Shown: positions 36,939 through 46,391 of the stretch, piece after piece
Position numbering within the stretch: the first letter of the stretch is position 1
How the letters are laid out: the number at the start of each line of letters is the position of its first letter
Virus record (IMG/VR): IMGVR_UViG_3300047457_000359
Coordinates: 1 to 57,730 of that record
DNA length: 57,730 nucleotides
Direction: 5' to 3' (one strand)
Origin: a virus
Lineage: Duplodnaviria; Caudoviricetes
The notes under the pieces: generated by a model
Database searches by the model: none
Told to the model about the DNA's origin: nothing
The model's input: only the letters and a program-made list of their open reading frames with translations
Translations under genes and position numbers: made by a program

Positions 36939-37495
36939 TGACCAAGCAAGACACGGCGCAGATCTTGGCAGTGTTGTCGGCTGGTTTCCCCCAGGTGGCG
37001 GTGTCCAAGGAGACTGCCAGGGTGTACCACGAAGTGCTGTTGGACCTTGACCCTGGTACTGTCCAGCAGGCCGTTGCTCGGATCCTGAAAACGGCAGAGT
37101 GGTTTCCCCCAGCGGCATTGATCAGAAGAACCGCTATGGAACTGAACGGCTCGTTGGCTGAGTCAAGTCATTCGGCCTGGGCGCAGGTGTTGGATGCCGT
37201 TCGGGATCACGGGTACACCAGGTTCCCTAGTTTCGGCAGTCCGCTGTTGTCAGAGGCGGTGAGAAGGATCGGGTGGCGCACGATTTGTCATTCGGAAAAG
37301 CCCGAGATCGTCAAAGCACAGTTCGGAAAGGTGTACGATGAACTGCGCCAGGAGCATGACAACGCCGTGCTGACTGGGGATCCATTGAAGGAGTTGTCTA
37401 GTGAAACGGTCAGGTCCGTTGAAGCGAGGAAAGCCGCTGCAGCGCAAGACTCCGTTGTCGGCAAAGACCCAATGGAAGCCCAAGAAGAAGAGTGA
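36935..37495 (+). CDS. Helicase loader/inhibitor-like protein
   Basis: MT....A.ILA.L...FP...L.DL....V..AV......WFP..A.IR, AW..V; follows the initiator. Confidence 0.65.
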   Translation: MMTKQDTAQILAVLSAGFPQVAVSKETARVYHEVLLDLDPGTVQQAVARILKTAEWFPPAALIRRTAMELNGSLAESSHSAWAQVLDAVRDHGYTRFPSFGSPLLSEAVRRIGWRTICHSEKPEIVKAQFGKVYDELRQEHDNAVLTGDPLKELSSETVRSVEARKAAAAQDSVVGKDPMEAQEEE

Positions 37496-37739
37496 TCCCG
37501 AATGGCAGAAAGCCAGAAAAGCAGTGATCCAGAGAAGCGGCGGGAGATGTGAGGCTCGGTGGGAGGATTGCATCGGGTCGGTGCAACATGTACACCACAA
37601 GAAAAGAAGAAGCCAGGGCGGGGGTCACGAAGTCGGCAACTTGCTGGCGTGTTGTTTCGTGTGCCACGAAGCGATCCACAGGAACCCCGCACAGGCGTTT
37701 GATAAGGGACATTTAGTGAGAGACGAAGCAAGTGAATGA
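37401..37739 (+). CDS. HNH endonuclease
   Basis: CE...C....HVHH...RSQGG....NL...C..CH..IH. Confidence 0.85.
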   Translation: MKRSGPLKRGKPLQRKTPLSAKTQWKPKKKSDPEWQKARKAVIQRSGGRCEARWEDCIGSVQHVHHKKRRSQGGGHEVGNLLACCFVCHEAIHRNPAQAFDKGHLVRDEASE

Positions 37740-38205
37740 AGTGATGTTTGACACCATCGTGGAGATGGCGAAGCGTGAAGTCAAAGGGACTGCAAGCCCC
37801 GATGAGATCCTGTACCTCAAAGAGCATGTCGGTTTGACGAGGTGGAGAGAGGCTTTGGCGGCTGCTATTGCCGACATTTCGGAGCAGTTTGCGGACCGCA
37901 AAGACAGGATGGACGGTTTGGCAAAGAAGTTCCAGTTGGGACTGATTAGCAAGGACCAGTTCCACCGTCAGTCCGACGAGATTGAAGAATGGCGTCGCAA
38001 GGCTGGGCGGTACAAGATCGGCCTGGAGAACAGAATGCACGAGATCAACGGCCTGGAACGAGAAAGGAATGTTCGGGCGACGGAGATCAAGTGGCGGTTT
38101 GAGGAACTGGTAAGGGCTGTTGAAACGCACCGAAGTCGCAAGCAGCGACCGTCGGCTGGTGACCGTGAGTTGTGGGAGGCGGCGGAACGCCTCGCAACTA
38201 AATGA
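37732..38205 (+). CDS. Hypothetical coiled-coil protein
   Basis: 157-aa ORF in operon context. Confidence 0.6.
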   Translation: MNEVMFDTIVEMAKREVKGTASPDEILYLKEHVGLTRWREALAAAIADISEQFADRKDRMDGLAKKFQLGLISKDQFHRQSDEIEEWRRKAGRYKIGLENRMHEINGLERERNVRATEIKWRFEELVRAVETHRSRKQRPSAGDRELWEAAERLATK

Positions 38206-38225
38206 CGGTTTGCTACACTGGGATC

Positions 38226-38414
38226 ATGGTGATTACCTCAGAAGACCAGATCGTAAAGGCTGGCAACGACATGGCTGGTGTTCTCTTGGAGATTGATGCG
38301 CTGTTGCGCCACGGGATCCCATTGACGCAGGAACTGTCGTTGTCGGTAATGGAAATGATTGACCTCGCAGTGGATCATTGGAAAGAAGCAGTTGCTCCAC
38401 CCGAAGAAGTGTGA
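38226..38414 (+). CDS. Small hypothetical protein
   Basis: ORF whose stop codon lies within the CRP-like box. Confidence 0.45.
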   Translation: MVITSEDQIVKAGNDMAGVLLEIDALLRHGIPLTQELSLSVMEMIDLAVDHWKEAVAPPEEV

Positions 38415-38463
38415 CCTACTTCACTAAACCCCCTATTGACTGGCGTCGCATGATGGTTACGCT
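38410..38463 (+). promoter_or_regulatory. CRP-like box + promoter (copy 3)
   Basis: TGTGA-CCTACT-TCACT, TTGACT-N16-TACGCT. Confidence 0.75.
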
Positions 38464-38496
38464 CGTCGTCGGCCATTTAGGAAAGGTAGGTTGGTC

Positions 38497-38886
38497 ATGA
38501 AGGATTGGGTTCATTGCGCAGGATGCGGAGGTGGTGGATCCGATGATCGCCCTCCGTATGTCGGCGTGTGTCGTTGGTGCGGGGGGTCGGGGATCCTGAA
38601 ACCGTGGGAGTACGAGGAGATGCTCATCGCAGATCAGTTCCACGACATTCTGCAGAACGCCTACGAGGAGGCGCAGGACTTGTGGATCCAGGCGCAGGAC
38701 GACAAGACGGACATGGCGGAGTGTCTGCACCGTGAGTCGGACTTCATTCAGGAAGTTGTGATCTCCTGGTGGAAGCAGTTGGGTGCCGACGAAGGCTACG
38801 AGTATGCGGTTGATCTGTACAAGAAGCACCAGCCAGCGTCTCTGCAGGAAATGTGGATCCTGGAACACGAGCCAGTTGGTCCTTGA
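38497..38886 (+). CDS. Hypothetical protein with DnaJ-like CxxCxGxG pair
   Basis: CAGCGGGG...CRWCGGSG. Confidence 0.6.
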   Translation: MKDWVHCAGCGGGGSDDRPPYVGVCRWCGGSGILKPWEYEEMLIADQFHDILQNAYEEAQDLWIQAQDDKTDMAECLHRESDFIQEVVISWWKQLGADEGYEYAVDLYKKHQPASLQEMWILEHEPVGP

Positions 38887-39248
38887 TGCGAGATCTTGAT
38901 CAGCCAACCCTCTTTGACGCAGCAGCCGCCGAAGCGGCAAAGATTGCTGCGATCACCAAGGTAGAACGGAACGCAGATCCAGCCTGGAAAGTAGAAATGT
39001 TGGGTGCGGTTGCTGCCGTCGCCCGACGCATGCACAAGTTCACAAGCGATGATGTGTGGGAGGAACTGCACGGTTCTTCTGACGCCGACACGCATGAACC
39101 AAGGGCACTCGGAGCGATCATGAAGAAAGCCGCCACGGCGGGGATCATTGTCGCTACCAGCGAGTATCGTCCCAGTTGCCGAGTTGCCTGTCACGCCCGC
39201 CCAGTGCGAGTATGGCGTAGCCTTGTGTGCGAAGCACAGGGACTGTAG
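38886..39248 (+). CDS. Hypothetical phage protein
   Basis: FTSDDVW...EPRALGA.M..AA..G.I...H.RP..VWRS. Confidence 0.65.
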   Translation: MRDLDQPTLFDAAAAEAAKIAAITKVERNADPAWKVEMLGAVAAVARRMHKFTSDDVWEELHGSSDADTHEPRALGAIMKKAATAGIIVATSEYRPSCRVACHARPVRVWRSLVCEAQGL

Positions 39249-39285
39249 ACTGGGTTAGCAAACCCCGATTGATAAGGAAAGAAAG

Positions 39286-39534
39286 ATGAGCGAAGTGATC
39301 CTGTCGTATCCAGCGGAGGCGGAACTGTCCGAGCAAGAAATGCTGGACAAGGTGTCCATGTTGACCCAGATGATGCGAGAGCACCAGCAAGCAGTTGTGC
39401 GCCTCGGGCGTCAGCGCAGGCGAGTGATCCGTCAGATGCGGGAGAAGAAGATCCCCTACAAGTCCATCGCCTATGCGTGTGGAGTGACTGACCAGGCGGT
39501 GTTTGCAGATCTTCGGAAGCACCCCGAAGACTGA
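39286..39534 (+). CDS. Small HTH protein
   Basis: IPYKSIAYACGVTDQAV. Confidence 0.65.
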   Translation: MSEVILSYPAEAELSEQEMLDKVSMLTQMMREHQQAVVRLGRQRRRVIRQMREKKIPYKSIAYACGVTDQAVFADLRKHPED

Positions 39535-39537
39535 TCC

Positions 39538-40362
39538 ATGTCCAATGTTGAAGTTGACTGGCTGGGCGACCAGTTCCAGGTCAAGTTCAAGTACGACCCG
39601 CTAGTAGTAGCAGCCGTCAAGGAACTGCCTGGAAGACGGTGGGATCCAGACGGCAAAGTGTGGTTCGTCAAGGACAGCCCCCAGTTTCGGTCGTTTGTCG
39701 TTAGCCACGATGCAGTTGTCAGCGTTGATGCTGGTGCTGCAATGGCTACAAGCAAGCAATCGTTGGGATCCGTGCGCCAACATGGACCCAGGTTGATACT
39801 GGACAGCAAGTACGACGCCCGATTGGTAGAAGCGATCCGTACCGTTGAAGGACGGAAGTGGGACAAAGACCACAAACGGTGGCAGTTTCCTCTGTCCTCT
39901 GTGCGGTCAGTCAAGGCAATCGTTGATCAGTTTGATCTTGATTGGTTGGTTGATGATTCAGTCCCCGATGCTGATCCCGTCACCGTCCCGATTGTCAAGG
40001 CAAAGGGCGACCAGTTTCTGGTGTACACGACCTATGACAGAGATGTGCTGGATGCGATCAAGGAGATGCCAGGTGCCGAATGGGACAGATGGGAAACGGC
40101 GTTTCGTGTTCCTGTGGAATGTGTTGTTGAGATTGATGAGTTTGTTCATCGGTTTGCAGGTGTATTGGATGAGACAGCGCAGAAGGTTGTTCAGCAAGCG
40201 GGTGAGGTACTGACCATGTTCAAAGCAAGCAGTGCCACTTCCGCCCAGGTGGAGATCAATGGTTTCGGTGGGGATCTCATGCCGTTTCAGGGCGCAGGCG
40301 TTTTGTACGCACTTTCGGCACTTGGGTACCAGTCGGAGGCCGACGCATTGGTGCGTAAATGA
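39538..40362 (+). CDS. Three HARP-like repeats + helicase Q-motif (N-terminal part of a SNF2 helicase)
   Basis: Three YD......(K/R)...G..WD.....(W/F) repeats; ends LMPFQGAGVLY. Confidence 0.75.
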   Translation: MSNVEVDWLGDQFQVKFKYDPLVVAAVKELPGRRWDPDGKVWFVKDSPQFRSFVVSHDAVVSVDAGAAMATSKQSLGSVRQHGPRLILDSKYDARLVEAIRTVEGRKWDKDHKRWQFPLSSVRSVKAIVDQFDLDWLVDDSVPDADPVTVPIVKAKGDQFLVYTTYDRDVLDAIKEMPGAEWDRWETAFRVPVECVVEIDEFVHRFAGVLDETAQKVVQQAGEVLTMFKASSATSAQVEINGFGGDLMPFQGAGVLYALSALGYQSEADALVRK

Positions 40363-40467
40363 CATGAACACGACCTGCAATCCAAGTACCCCATGTCGCA
40401 GTTGTCAGACGGGCAACAGTCAACGGAGGTTTCGTCCACATGCCGACCACAAGATACGGAGACGCCT

Positions 40468-41790
40468 ATGTCGGGGGTAATGATCGCAGACGAAATGGGA
40501 CTGGGCAAGACCGTCCAGGCGTTAGCCGTGATCAAAGTGATCAACAAGTACCCCGTGTTGGTCGTTTGCACCAGCAGTCTCCGCAAGAACTGGGAACGGG
40601 AGATCAAGAAGTGGTTGCCAAATGTGTCGGTGGAAGTTCTGTATGGTACGACCCCACATGCTGTCAGCAGCCAGGTGCTTGTTGTTGGGTATGATGTGTT
40701 CTATGCCTGGGGTCGGGCATTGCCGACAGTAAATGTGCTGGTGTTTGATGAGTCGCACTTGTTGAAGAACGGCAACGCTCGTCGCACACAGGAAGCGATC
40801 CGATACTCAGACAAGGTCCACAAAGCAGGTGGTTCGGTGCTGTGTTTGACGGGAACGCCAGTGTTGAACCGACCGACCGAGTTGTTGACTCAGTTGAGGA
40901 TCATGAACAGGCTCGGTGAGTTCGGTGGGGTACAGGGGTTCAAGGAGCAGTTTCGGGATCCGAAGAATCTCGTCACCCTGAACAAGCGTTTGCGATCCAC
41001 TTGTTTTGTCCGCAGGAGAAAGTCGGATGTGTTGCAGGAACTGCCCCCCAAACGGTGGGCTGATGTGGTTGTTGACGGAGATCCAACGGTCATGGCTGAG
41101 TACCGCAAAGCCGAGAGAGACATAGTCGGTTTCTTGAAGAAACGCACGGAGGAACTGGCTGCAGCATCGGGCGCAAGCACGGCAGAAGCCAAACGGGCAG
41201 CATGGGAGCAGGCGTTGAGAGCAGAAGCAGCGCAGCACCTTGTGGCGGTGAACACCCTGAAACTGTTGGCAGCCCGTGCCAAGTTGAGCGTTGCGGAGCA
41301 GTGGATCACGGAGTTCGTTGGGACTGGCAGCAAGTTGGTTGTGTTCGGGTGGCACCGAGAGATTGTCGGTGGTATTGCTGAACGATTCGGTCAATCAAGC
41401 AGGGTGCAGGGAGGTATGTCGGACGAAGAAAAGCAATCGGCTGTTGACTCGTTCCAGACGGATGCAGATGTGAAGGTAATCAGTTGTTCGTTGAAGGCCG
41501 CTGGTGTCGGGATCACCCTGACTGCTGCGTCAGATGTGCTGTTCTTGGAGCAGGGATGGACGCCTGCGGATCAAGACCAGGCTGCTGATAGGTGCCACCG
41601 CATCGGTCAGCAAGACAGTGTGACCGCTTGGACTTTCATTTGCCAGGACACGATTGACGAGTACATAGCCGATGTGATCACGGCGAAACGGGCGGTTGTT
41701 GATGCAGCGACTGACGGCGAACGCAACAAGATGGAGCACACGACCAGCGTGTTGGGCGATGTGTTGGTGTGGTTGGCAAACAAGGCGTAG
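40468..41790 (+). CDS. SNF2-family helicase core
   Basis: IADEMGLGKT, DESH, LTGTP, GITLT, QA.DR.HRIGQ; GGAG RBS before ATG 40468. Confidence 0.9.
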   Translation: MSGVMIADEMGLGKTVQALAVIKVINKYPVLVVCTSSLRKNWEREIKKWLPNVSVEVLYGTTPHAVSSQVLVVGYDVFYAWGRALPTVNVLVFDESHLLKNGNARRTQEAIRYSDKVHKAGGSVLCLTGTPVLNRPTELLTQLRIMNRLGEFGGVQGFKEQFRDPKNLVTLNKRLRSTCFVRRRKSDVLQELPPKRWADVVVDGDPTVMAEYRKAERDIVGFLKKRTEELAAASGASTAEAKRAAWEQALRAEAAQHLVAVNTLKLLAARAKLSVAEQWITEFVGTGSKLVVFGWHREIVGGIAERFGQSSRVQGGMSDEEKQSAVDSFQTDADVKVISCSLKAAGVGITLTAASDVLFLEQGWTPADQDQAADRCHRIGQQDSVTAWTFICQDTIDEYIADVITAKRAVVDAATDGERNKMEHTTSVLGDVLVWLANKA

Positions 41791-41846
41791 TGTGACCTAC
41801 TTCACACTTGCCCCTACTTCCCAGGAGAAGCGTGGTTTGTCACGAT
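41791..41846 (+). promoter_or_regulatory. CRP-like box + promoter (copy 4), probably leaderless
   Basis: TGTGA-CCTACT-TCACA; weak -35; CACGAT 7 nt before ATG 41854. Confidence 0.7.
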
Positions 41847-41853
41847 TCGTCCG

Positions 41854-42876
41854 ATGCCAACTACAAGAACCACCATCGGATCGGACGGTCGGACTGTCAT
41901 CATCAGTCTCGGCCCCGAAATAGACCAGCAATGCTGGGAGTACCGTCAGGCTGGCTTCACTTGGGGCATGATTGCAGAGATGGTCGGACTCGGCGGAGCA
42001 TCGTCGGCCCGAACAGCAGCGTCACGCCACGGTCGGAGCCTCGGGATCGTGACGGGGTATGTGCCGCCGTCCAGACGGGCTGTCGGAGTGCGGACATACG
42101 GAGTTGAGATTGAGTTTGTCAACTTGACCCGCCTGGATGCTTGCGTAGCCATTGAACAGGCGTTGGGGATCCCCCATGTCCACTTGATGGACTACCACGG
42201 GCGTGATTGCTACCGCTGTCAGCAGCGGGTTCGTGGCTATCGGGAATGGAAGGTTGAGCGAGACGGATCGGTCAGCAACGGCGATTGGGGCGGTGAGGTC
42301 GTGACCCCGATCCTGCAAGGCGACGATGGCTTTGACGCAATACGCAAGGTCATGGCGGGGCTTCGCCAGGCGGGTGCAGAAGTGGATCAGTCCTGCGGTA
42401 TGCATGTTCACCTGAGCGTTGAGCACATGACCAACGGGCAGCGAGCCGAGTTGGTCCAGCAGTGGTATCAGCACCACGACACCTTTGACCGCTTCGTTGC
42501 CAAGTCCCGAACCGTCAGGGGCAACGGTCGTGGCTACGAGTACTGCCGCCGTGAGGATGACCAAGTTGTGGATCAACAGGTTGACCGAATGAAACGCCAC
42601 GGCAACTTCGGGTACACCGACAAGTATCGCAGCCTCAACCTGACGCCGTTTGCCAAGTACGGAACTTTGGAAGTCCGTATGCACCAAGGCACCCTGAACA
42701 GCCAGAAAGCCAGGAACTGGATCAAGTTGTTGATCGGGTTCTTTGACACAGTTGAGAAGGAAGAACTGTCGCAGTTGTCGCCAGGACTTGCTCTGTTGGG
42801 ATCATTGGCGGACGGCGGAAAGATCAGTCAAGAAACAGCGGCGTATCTGATGCGCCGTGCAGAACAGTTGGCATAG
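41854..42876 (+). CDS. Amidoligase (COOH-NH2 ligase) with N-terminal HTH-like segment
   Basis: TYGVEIEF, W....DGS, EVVTP.L, CGMHVH, KY..LN, TLEVR.H.GT. Confidence 0.85.
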   Translation: MPTTRTTIGSDGRTVIISLGPEIDQQCWEYRQAGFTWGMIAEMVGLGGASSARTAASRHGRSLGIVTGYVPPSRRAVGVRTYGVEIEFVNLTRLDACVAIEQALGIPHVHLMDYHGRDCYRCQQRVRGYREWKVERDGSVSNGDWGGEVVTPILQGDDGFDAIRKVMAGLRQAGAEVDQSCGMHVHLSVEHMTNGQRAELVQQWYQHHDTFDRFVAKSRTVRGNGRGYEYCRREDDQVVDQQVDRMKRHGNFGYTDKYRSLNLTPFAKYGTLEVRMHQGTLNSQKARNWIKLLIGFFDTVEKEELSQLSPGLALLGSLADGGKISQETAAYLMRRAEQLA

Positions 42877-42895
42877 CCAACGGAAAGGAAAGGAA

Positions 42896-43684
42896 ATGTG
42901 CGGAATCGCAGGTTTCAATGTTGCCGACGGAGACTTCGGCAAGATAAACAGCCAGGCGTTGGCACGGGAGTTGATCAAAGCGATTGAGATCCGTGGCACC
43001 GACGCCACTGGCGGTGCATGGACACAGAAGGCAGACAAAGTGACGGAGGTCTGGTACGCAAAGCAGGCGATACGAGCAAGTGCCTGGCAGTCGTACATCA
43101 AGGAGTACATTCCCAAGCGCAGTCGCAATGTGATCCTGCACACCCGATACGCCACGCAGGGCGATCCCAGCGACAACGACAACAACCACCCGATCGTTGT
43201 GCCAGGCATTGTCGGAGTCCACAACGGACACATCAGCAATGACCGTGAGTTGATTCGGGATCTCGGAGTTGAGCGGATCGGCCAGGTGGACTCGGAAGCG
43301 GCGTTCCAGTTGATCAGTCAGCACAGGGACAAGCCCCAGGAGCAACTGGGCGAGATTCGGGGCAGAGCAGCCCTTGCCTGGATGCGCACCGATCGCCCTC
43401 GTGAGTTGCACCTCGCCAGAGTGGAGGGATCACCCCTCGCAATCGGCCAGACCAAGGCGGGGACTGTCGTCTTTGCCTCAACGATGGACCTGTTGAAGAA
43501 GGCTTGCGACAAGGCGGGGATCAAGTTGGACTGGGAGTACCATGTTCCCGAATACCAGTACCTGGTCTTTCGCAACGGGATCATGGATGAGATGGACAGC
43601 GTTGTTCGCAAGCACTGGCCGTCGTACCACCGCACCACGCCGCCGATCTCCAAGGAGAACATGGCTCTGTACCGCCTGTTCTAA
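42896..43684 (+). CDS. Class II (Ntn) glutamine amidotransferase
   Basis: MCGIAG, RG.DA.G, HTR.AT.G, NNHP, HNG.I.N, VDSE. Confidence 0.9.
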   Translation: MCGIAGFNVADGDFGKINSQALARELIKAIEIRGTDATGGAWTQKADKVTEVWYAKQAIRASAWQSYIKEYIPKRSRNVILHTRYATQGDPSDNDNNHPIVVPGIVGVHNGHISNDRELIRDLGVERIGQVDSEAAFQLISQHRDKPQEQLGEIRGRAALAWMRTDRPRELHLARVEGSPLAIGQTKAGTVVFASTMDLLKKACDKAGIKLDWEYHVPEYQYLVFRNGIMDEMDSVVRKHWPSYHRTTPPISKENMALYRLF

Positions 43685-43705
43685 TGGCTGGTATCGTAGG
43701 GATCA

Positions 43706-43987
43706 ATGAAAGTAACGATCTACTGGCCTGACTACACGATGACCAAAGCCGCCAACGCAACCGCTGCTTTGAAGATCATCGCTGAGAAGCAGTGGGAAGA
43801 ACAAGTTTCGGTTGAGCGAATGAAGGAGTTACTCGCTGGTAGGGCTTGGGGTTGGTGCAACGCCGTTGTGGATCCCAGCCTGCCCGATGAGGAGTTCCTG
43901 TCCGCACTTGGTGACACTGGTATGGTGTTCGTGTGGTTCGGGGAAGAAGATCCGTGGCGAGGCGTCGGTGAAGGAGGCTTGGCGTGA
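43706..43987 (+). CDS. Hypothetical protein
   Basis: 93-aa ORF. Confidence 0.55.
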   Translation: MKVTIYWPDYTMTKAANATAALKIIAEKQWEEQVSVERMKELLAGRAWGWCNAVVDPSLPDEEFLSALGDTGMVFVWFGEEDPWRGVGEGGLA

Positions 43988-44462
43988 GCATGCAGCATGT
44001 AAAGGCATGCCCATTCAGTTGTTCTTTGGAACTGACGATGAAGGTCCACGAGATCGGATTGCCCGAGAGTTGCAGGCAAAAGCCGTATGTAAACGGTGCC
44101 CTGTATGGCAAACCTGTTTAGAAGCGGGATCCGAAGATGATTGCTACGGCGTTTGGGGTGGATTGACTATGGTAGAGCGCAGGCGTCGCAAGATGGAACT
44201 GGAGCACCAGGCGTACATGACAAGAAGATTTGGAGAATGGCCGAAGCGGATCCCGACAGTCGTTGCAGAACCGCAAAGCGAGTGGAGGCAGTTGGATCTG
44301 CGCCCAGGTTGGCGGGGGGATCAAGTTGCGATCAAGGTGAGGGACACCGACACGACCGATACTGGGGTTGAATACGGAGTGTTCGTAGATGGAAAGCCGT
44401 CGTTGATGTCGGGCGAAGAAACCGAGGCTTGGTTGTACTTCGCAAGTTTGACGATTACCTGA
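43968..44462 (+). CDS. whiB: WhiB-family transcription factor with C-terminal extension
   Basis: W...AAC, LFF, AKAVC.RCPV...C, GVWGGLT..ERR. Confidence 0.9.
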   Translation: MKEAWREHAACKGMPIQLFFGTDDEGPRDRIARELQAKAVCKRCPVWQTCLEAGSEDDCYGVWGGLTMVERRRRKMELEHQAYMTRRFGEWPKRIPTVVAEPQSEWRQLDLRPGWRGDQVAIKVRDTDTTDTGVEYGVFVDGKPSLMSGEETEAWLYFASLTIT

Positions 44463-44477
44463 AGTACAGTTGATGCA

Positions 44478-45695
44478 GTGAAAGACGACATTCTTGTTCA
44501 GGTGCAGACGGTGGGGATCAACACTGTCAGGGAGCATCCCGCCAATGTGAGGAAGGGGGATGTTGACCTAATCGCAGACAGTCTGGTGAACCACGGTCAA
44601 TACCGCCCGATCGTTGTCCAGCGATCAACGGGCTACATACTCGCTGGCAACCACACATGGAAAGCGGCTCGCAGGCTCGGTTGGAAGCAGATCGGCGTCA
44701 CCTACCTTGATGTTGACAATGAAACCGCAGCCAAGGTGATGTTGGCAGACAACCGCACATCGGACCTGGCGGTGTACAACGATGCACAGTTGTTGGAACT
44801 GTTGCACAGTTTGGAAGATTTGGCTGGCACGGGATTTGACGAGTTGGACCTTGATCGGTTGGAAGGTCTGTTTGATGAAGACGAAACCGAATCGGGATCA
44901 TCAGGTGGAACTGGTGGTGTCGGCAAGACCCAGTATGCCTTTGAGTTTGGACCGCTGCGTTTGGACATGCCAGCCCACATCGCAGACGCCTGGGAACAAA
45001 AGCAGAAGTTGGACAACCCGAAAGGGACACTCGCAGCGATCCGCAATCGCATTGACATGGCGGCACCCCCAAGGGAGATGACGGCACAGCCAGTCATTGA
45101 CGCCGCAGATTTGGCGGAGACGATACCCCTATCCGATCTCACGCTGTATCCGATGAACGCACGGCAGGGAGACATTGGTGCGATCTCGGAGTCGTTGCGA
45201 CTGTTCGGTCAGTATCGCCCGATTGTCGTAAACAGAAGAACGATGCACATTCTGGTCGGGAACCACACCGCTGCTGCCGCAAAGTCGTTGGGGTGGTCAA
45301 AGATTGCCGTCAGTTGGGTTGATGTGCCAGAGGATCAAGAAGCGAAGATCGTGCTGATAGACAACAGAAGCGCAGATGTTGCTATGTATGACGAAGATGG
45401 TCTGGCGACACTGTTGACCTCGTTGGGGAGTCTGATCGGAACGGGGTTTGATGGCGATGATTTGGATCAACTGTTGAGCGATGTCAGGAACGGGTATCGC
45501 AACAAGAAGCCAGCATCGCAAAGCAAGGTGAGGTGCAAGGCGGGATCCTGGGTGTGGAAACTGCCGTCAGCGCAGTTTGTTGACTGGGAAGCAAAGCACG
45601 GGACTGTTGAAAGTCCTGAGGGGATCAAGTTTCTGACCGAAGGGCTTCGTTTGACGGAAGGAACATGGACAGTGGTGGAGGACACCGATGAGTGA
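44478..45695 (+). CDS. Protein with two tandem ParB/Srx-like domains
   Basis: Twice P.N.R.GD...I..SL...GQYRPIVV.....IL.GNHT..AA..LGW...DNR..D. Confidence 0.85.
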   Translation: MKDDILVQVQTVGINTVREHPANVRKGDVDLIADSLVNHGQYRPIVVQRSTGYILAGNHTWKAARRLGWKQIGVTYLDVDNETAAKVMLADNRTSDLAVYNDAQLLELLHSLEDLAGTGFDELDLDRLEGLFDEDETESGSSGGTGGVGKTQYAFEFGPLRLDMPAHIADAWEQKQKLDNPKGTLAAIRNRIDMAAPPREMTAQPVIDAADLAETIPLSDLTLYPMNARQGDIGAISESLRLFGQYRPIVVNRRTMHILVGNHTAAAAKSLGWSKIAVSWVDVPEDQEAKIVLIDNRSADVAMYDEDGLATLLTSLGSLIGTGFDGDDLDQLLSDVRNGYRNKKPASQSKVRCKAGSWVWKLPSAQFVDWEAKHGTVESPEGIKFLTEGLRLTEGTWTVVEDTDE

Positions 45696-46380
45696 AATGC
45701 AAGTGGAAAGCCGCAGGCTTGACGAACTGACGATGGACGACAGAAACCCCCGAAAGGGAAATGTCGCAGCGATCATTGAAAGCCTGAAGGAGTTCGGCCA
45801 GCACAGGCCGATCGTTGTGCAGAAGGGGACGAACAGGATCATCGCTGGAAACCACATGTTCCAGGCGGCGCAGTCGTTGGGCTGGGAGACGATCCAGTGT
45901 GTCATTGTTGACGACGATGACGAGAAAGCGATCCGTCGTGGCATTGCCGACAACGCCACCAGCGACTTGGCTCGTTGGGATGATGACCAGTTGAAGGAAC
46001 TGTTGAACGAAGTCGGAACGGACATCGCAGGTGTGGATGACCAGTTGGTGAAGCGGCTGTTTGCGCAGATTGTCGCAGAGAACGACCCGATCTATCCGCT
46101 GGTTCCAAAGCCAGGCGAGAAGTACGACTATGTCGTTCTGTTTGCCGACAACGAGATTGACCACGGTTTCTTGATGACATTCTTCGGAGAAAAGGTGCTT
46201 GATTGGAAGACGCCAAGTCGCAGGGCGCAGCGATCACGCATCTTGCCAGTGTCGGTGTTGAGGCGGTTGATGCAAGAACACGGCCTGATCCCTGACACCG
46301 AAGCGGATCCACAGGTGGAGGCGGAGGACGCAACACCACCCACCCAGACCCCCAAGCCCAGCAGGGCTAAGAAGAAATAA
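45688..46380 (+). CDS. ParB/Srx-like domain protein
   Basis: NPRKGNV.AI.ESL.EFGQ.RPIVV...IIAGNH...ADN. Confidence 0.85.
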   Translation: MSEMQVESRRLDELTMDDRNPRKGNVAAIIESLKEFGQHRPIVVQKGTNRIIAGNHMFQAAQSLGWETIQCVIVDDDDEKAIRRGIADNATSDLARWDDDQLKELLNEVGTDIAGVDDQLVKRLFAQIVAENDPIYPLVPKPGEKYDYVVLFADNEIDHGFLMTFFGEKVLDWKTPSRRAQRSRILPVSVLRRLMQEHGLIPDTEADPQVEAEDATPPTQTPKPSRAKKK

Positions 46381-46391
46381 GAAGACGCTTT

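Noticed and set aside
35559-37118. Long minus-strand ORFs (519 aa here; also 46128-47456, 6825-7904, 25244-26296)
   Set aside because: They shadow well-supported plus-strand genes and have no recognisable motifs, as expected in high-GC DNA.
40360-40362. Genome-wide TGA recoding or selenocysteine
   Set aside because: TGA is a normal stop for many clear genes (capsid, terL, protease). Only local read-through remains possible.
40364-40480. 38-aa Cys/Arg-rich mini-ORF between the helicase halves
   Set aside because: No clear RBS, and it overlaps the better-supported start at 40468; cannot be supported.
44478-46380. ParABS plasmid-prophage partition system
   Set aside because: No ParA ATPase and no HTH after the ParB-like domains; the context points to modification-associated ParB/Srx domains.
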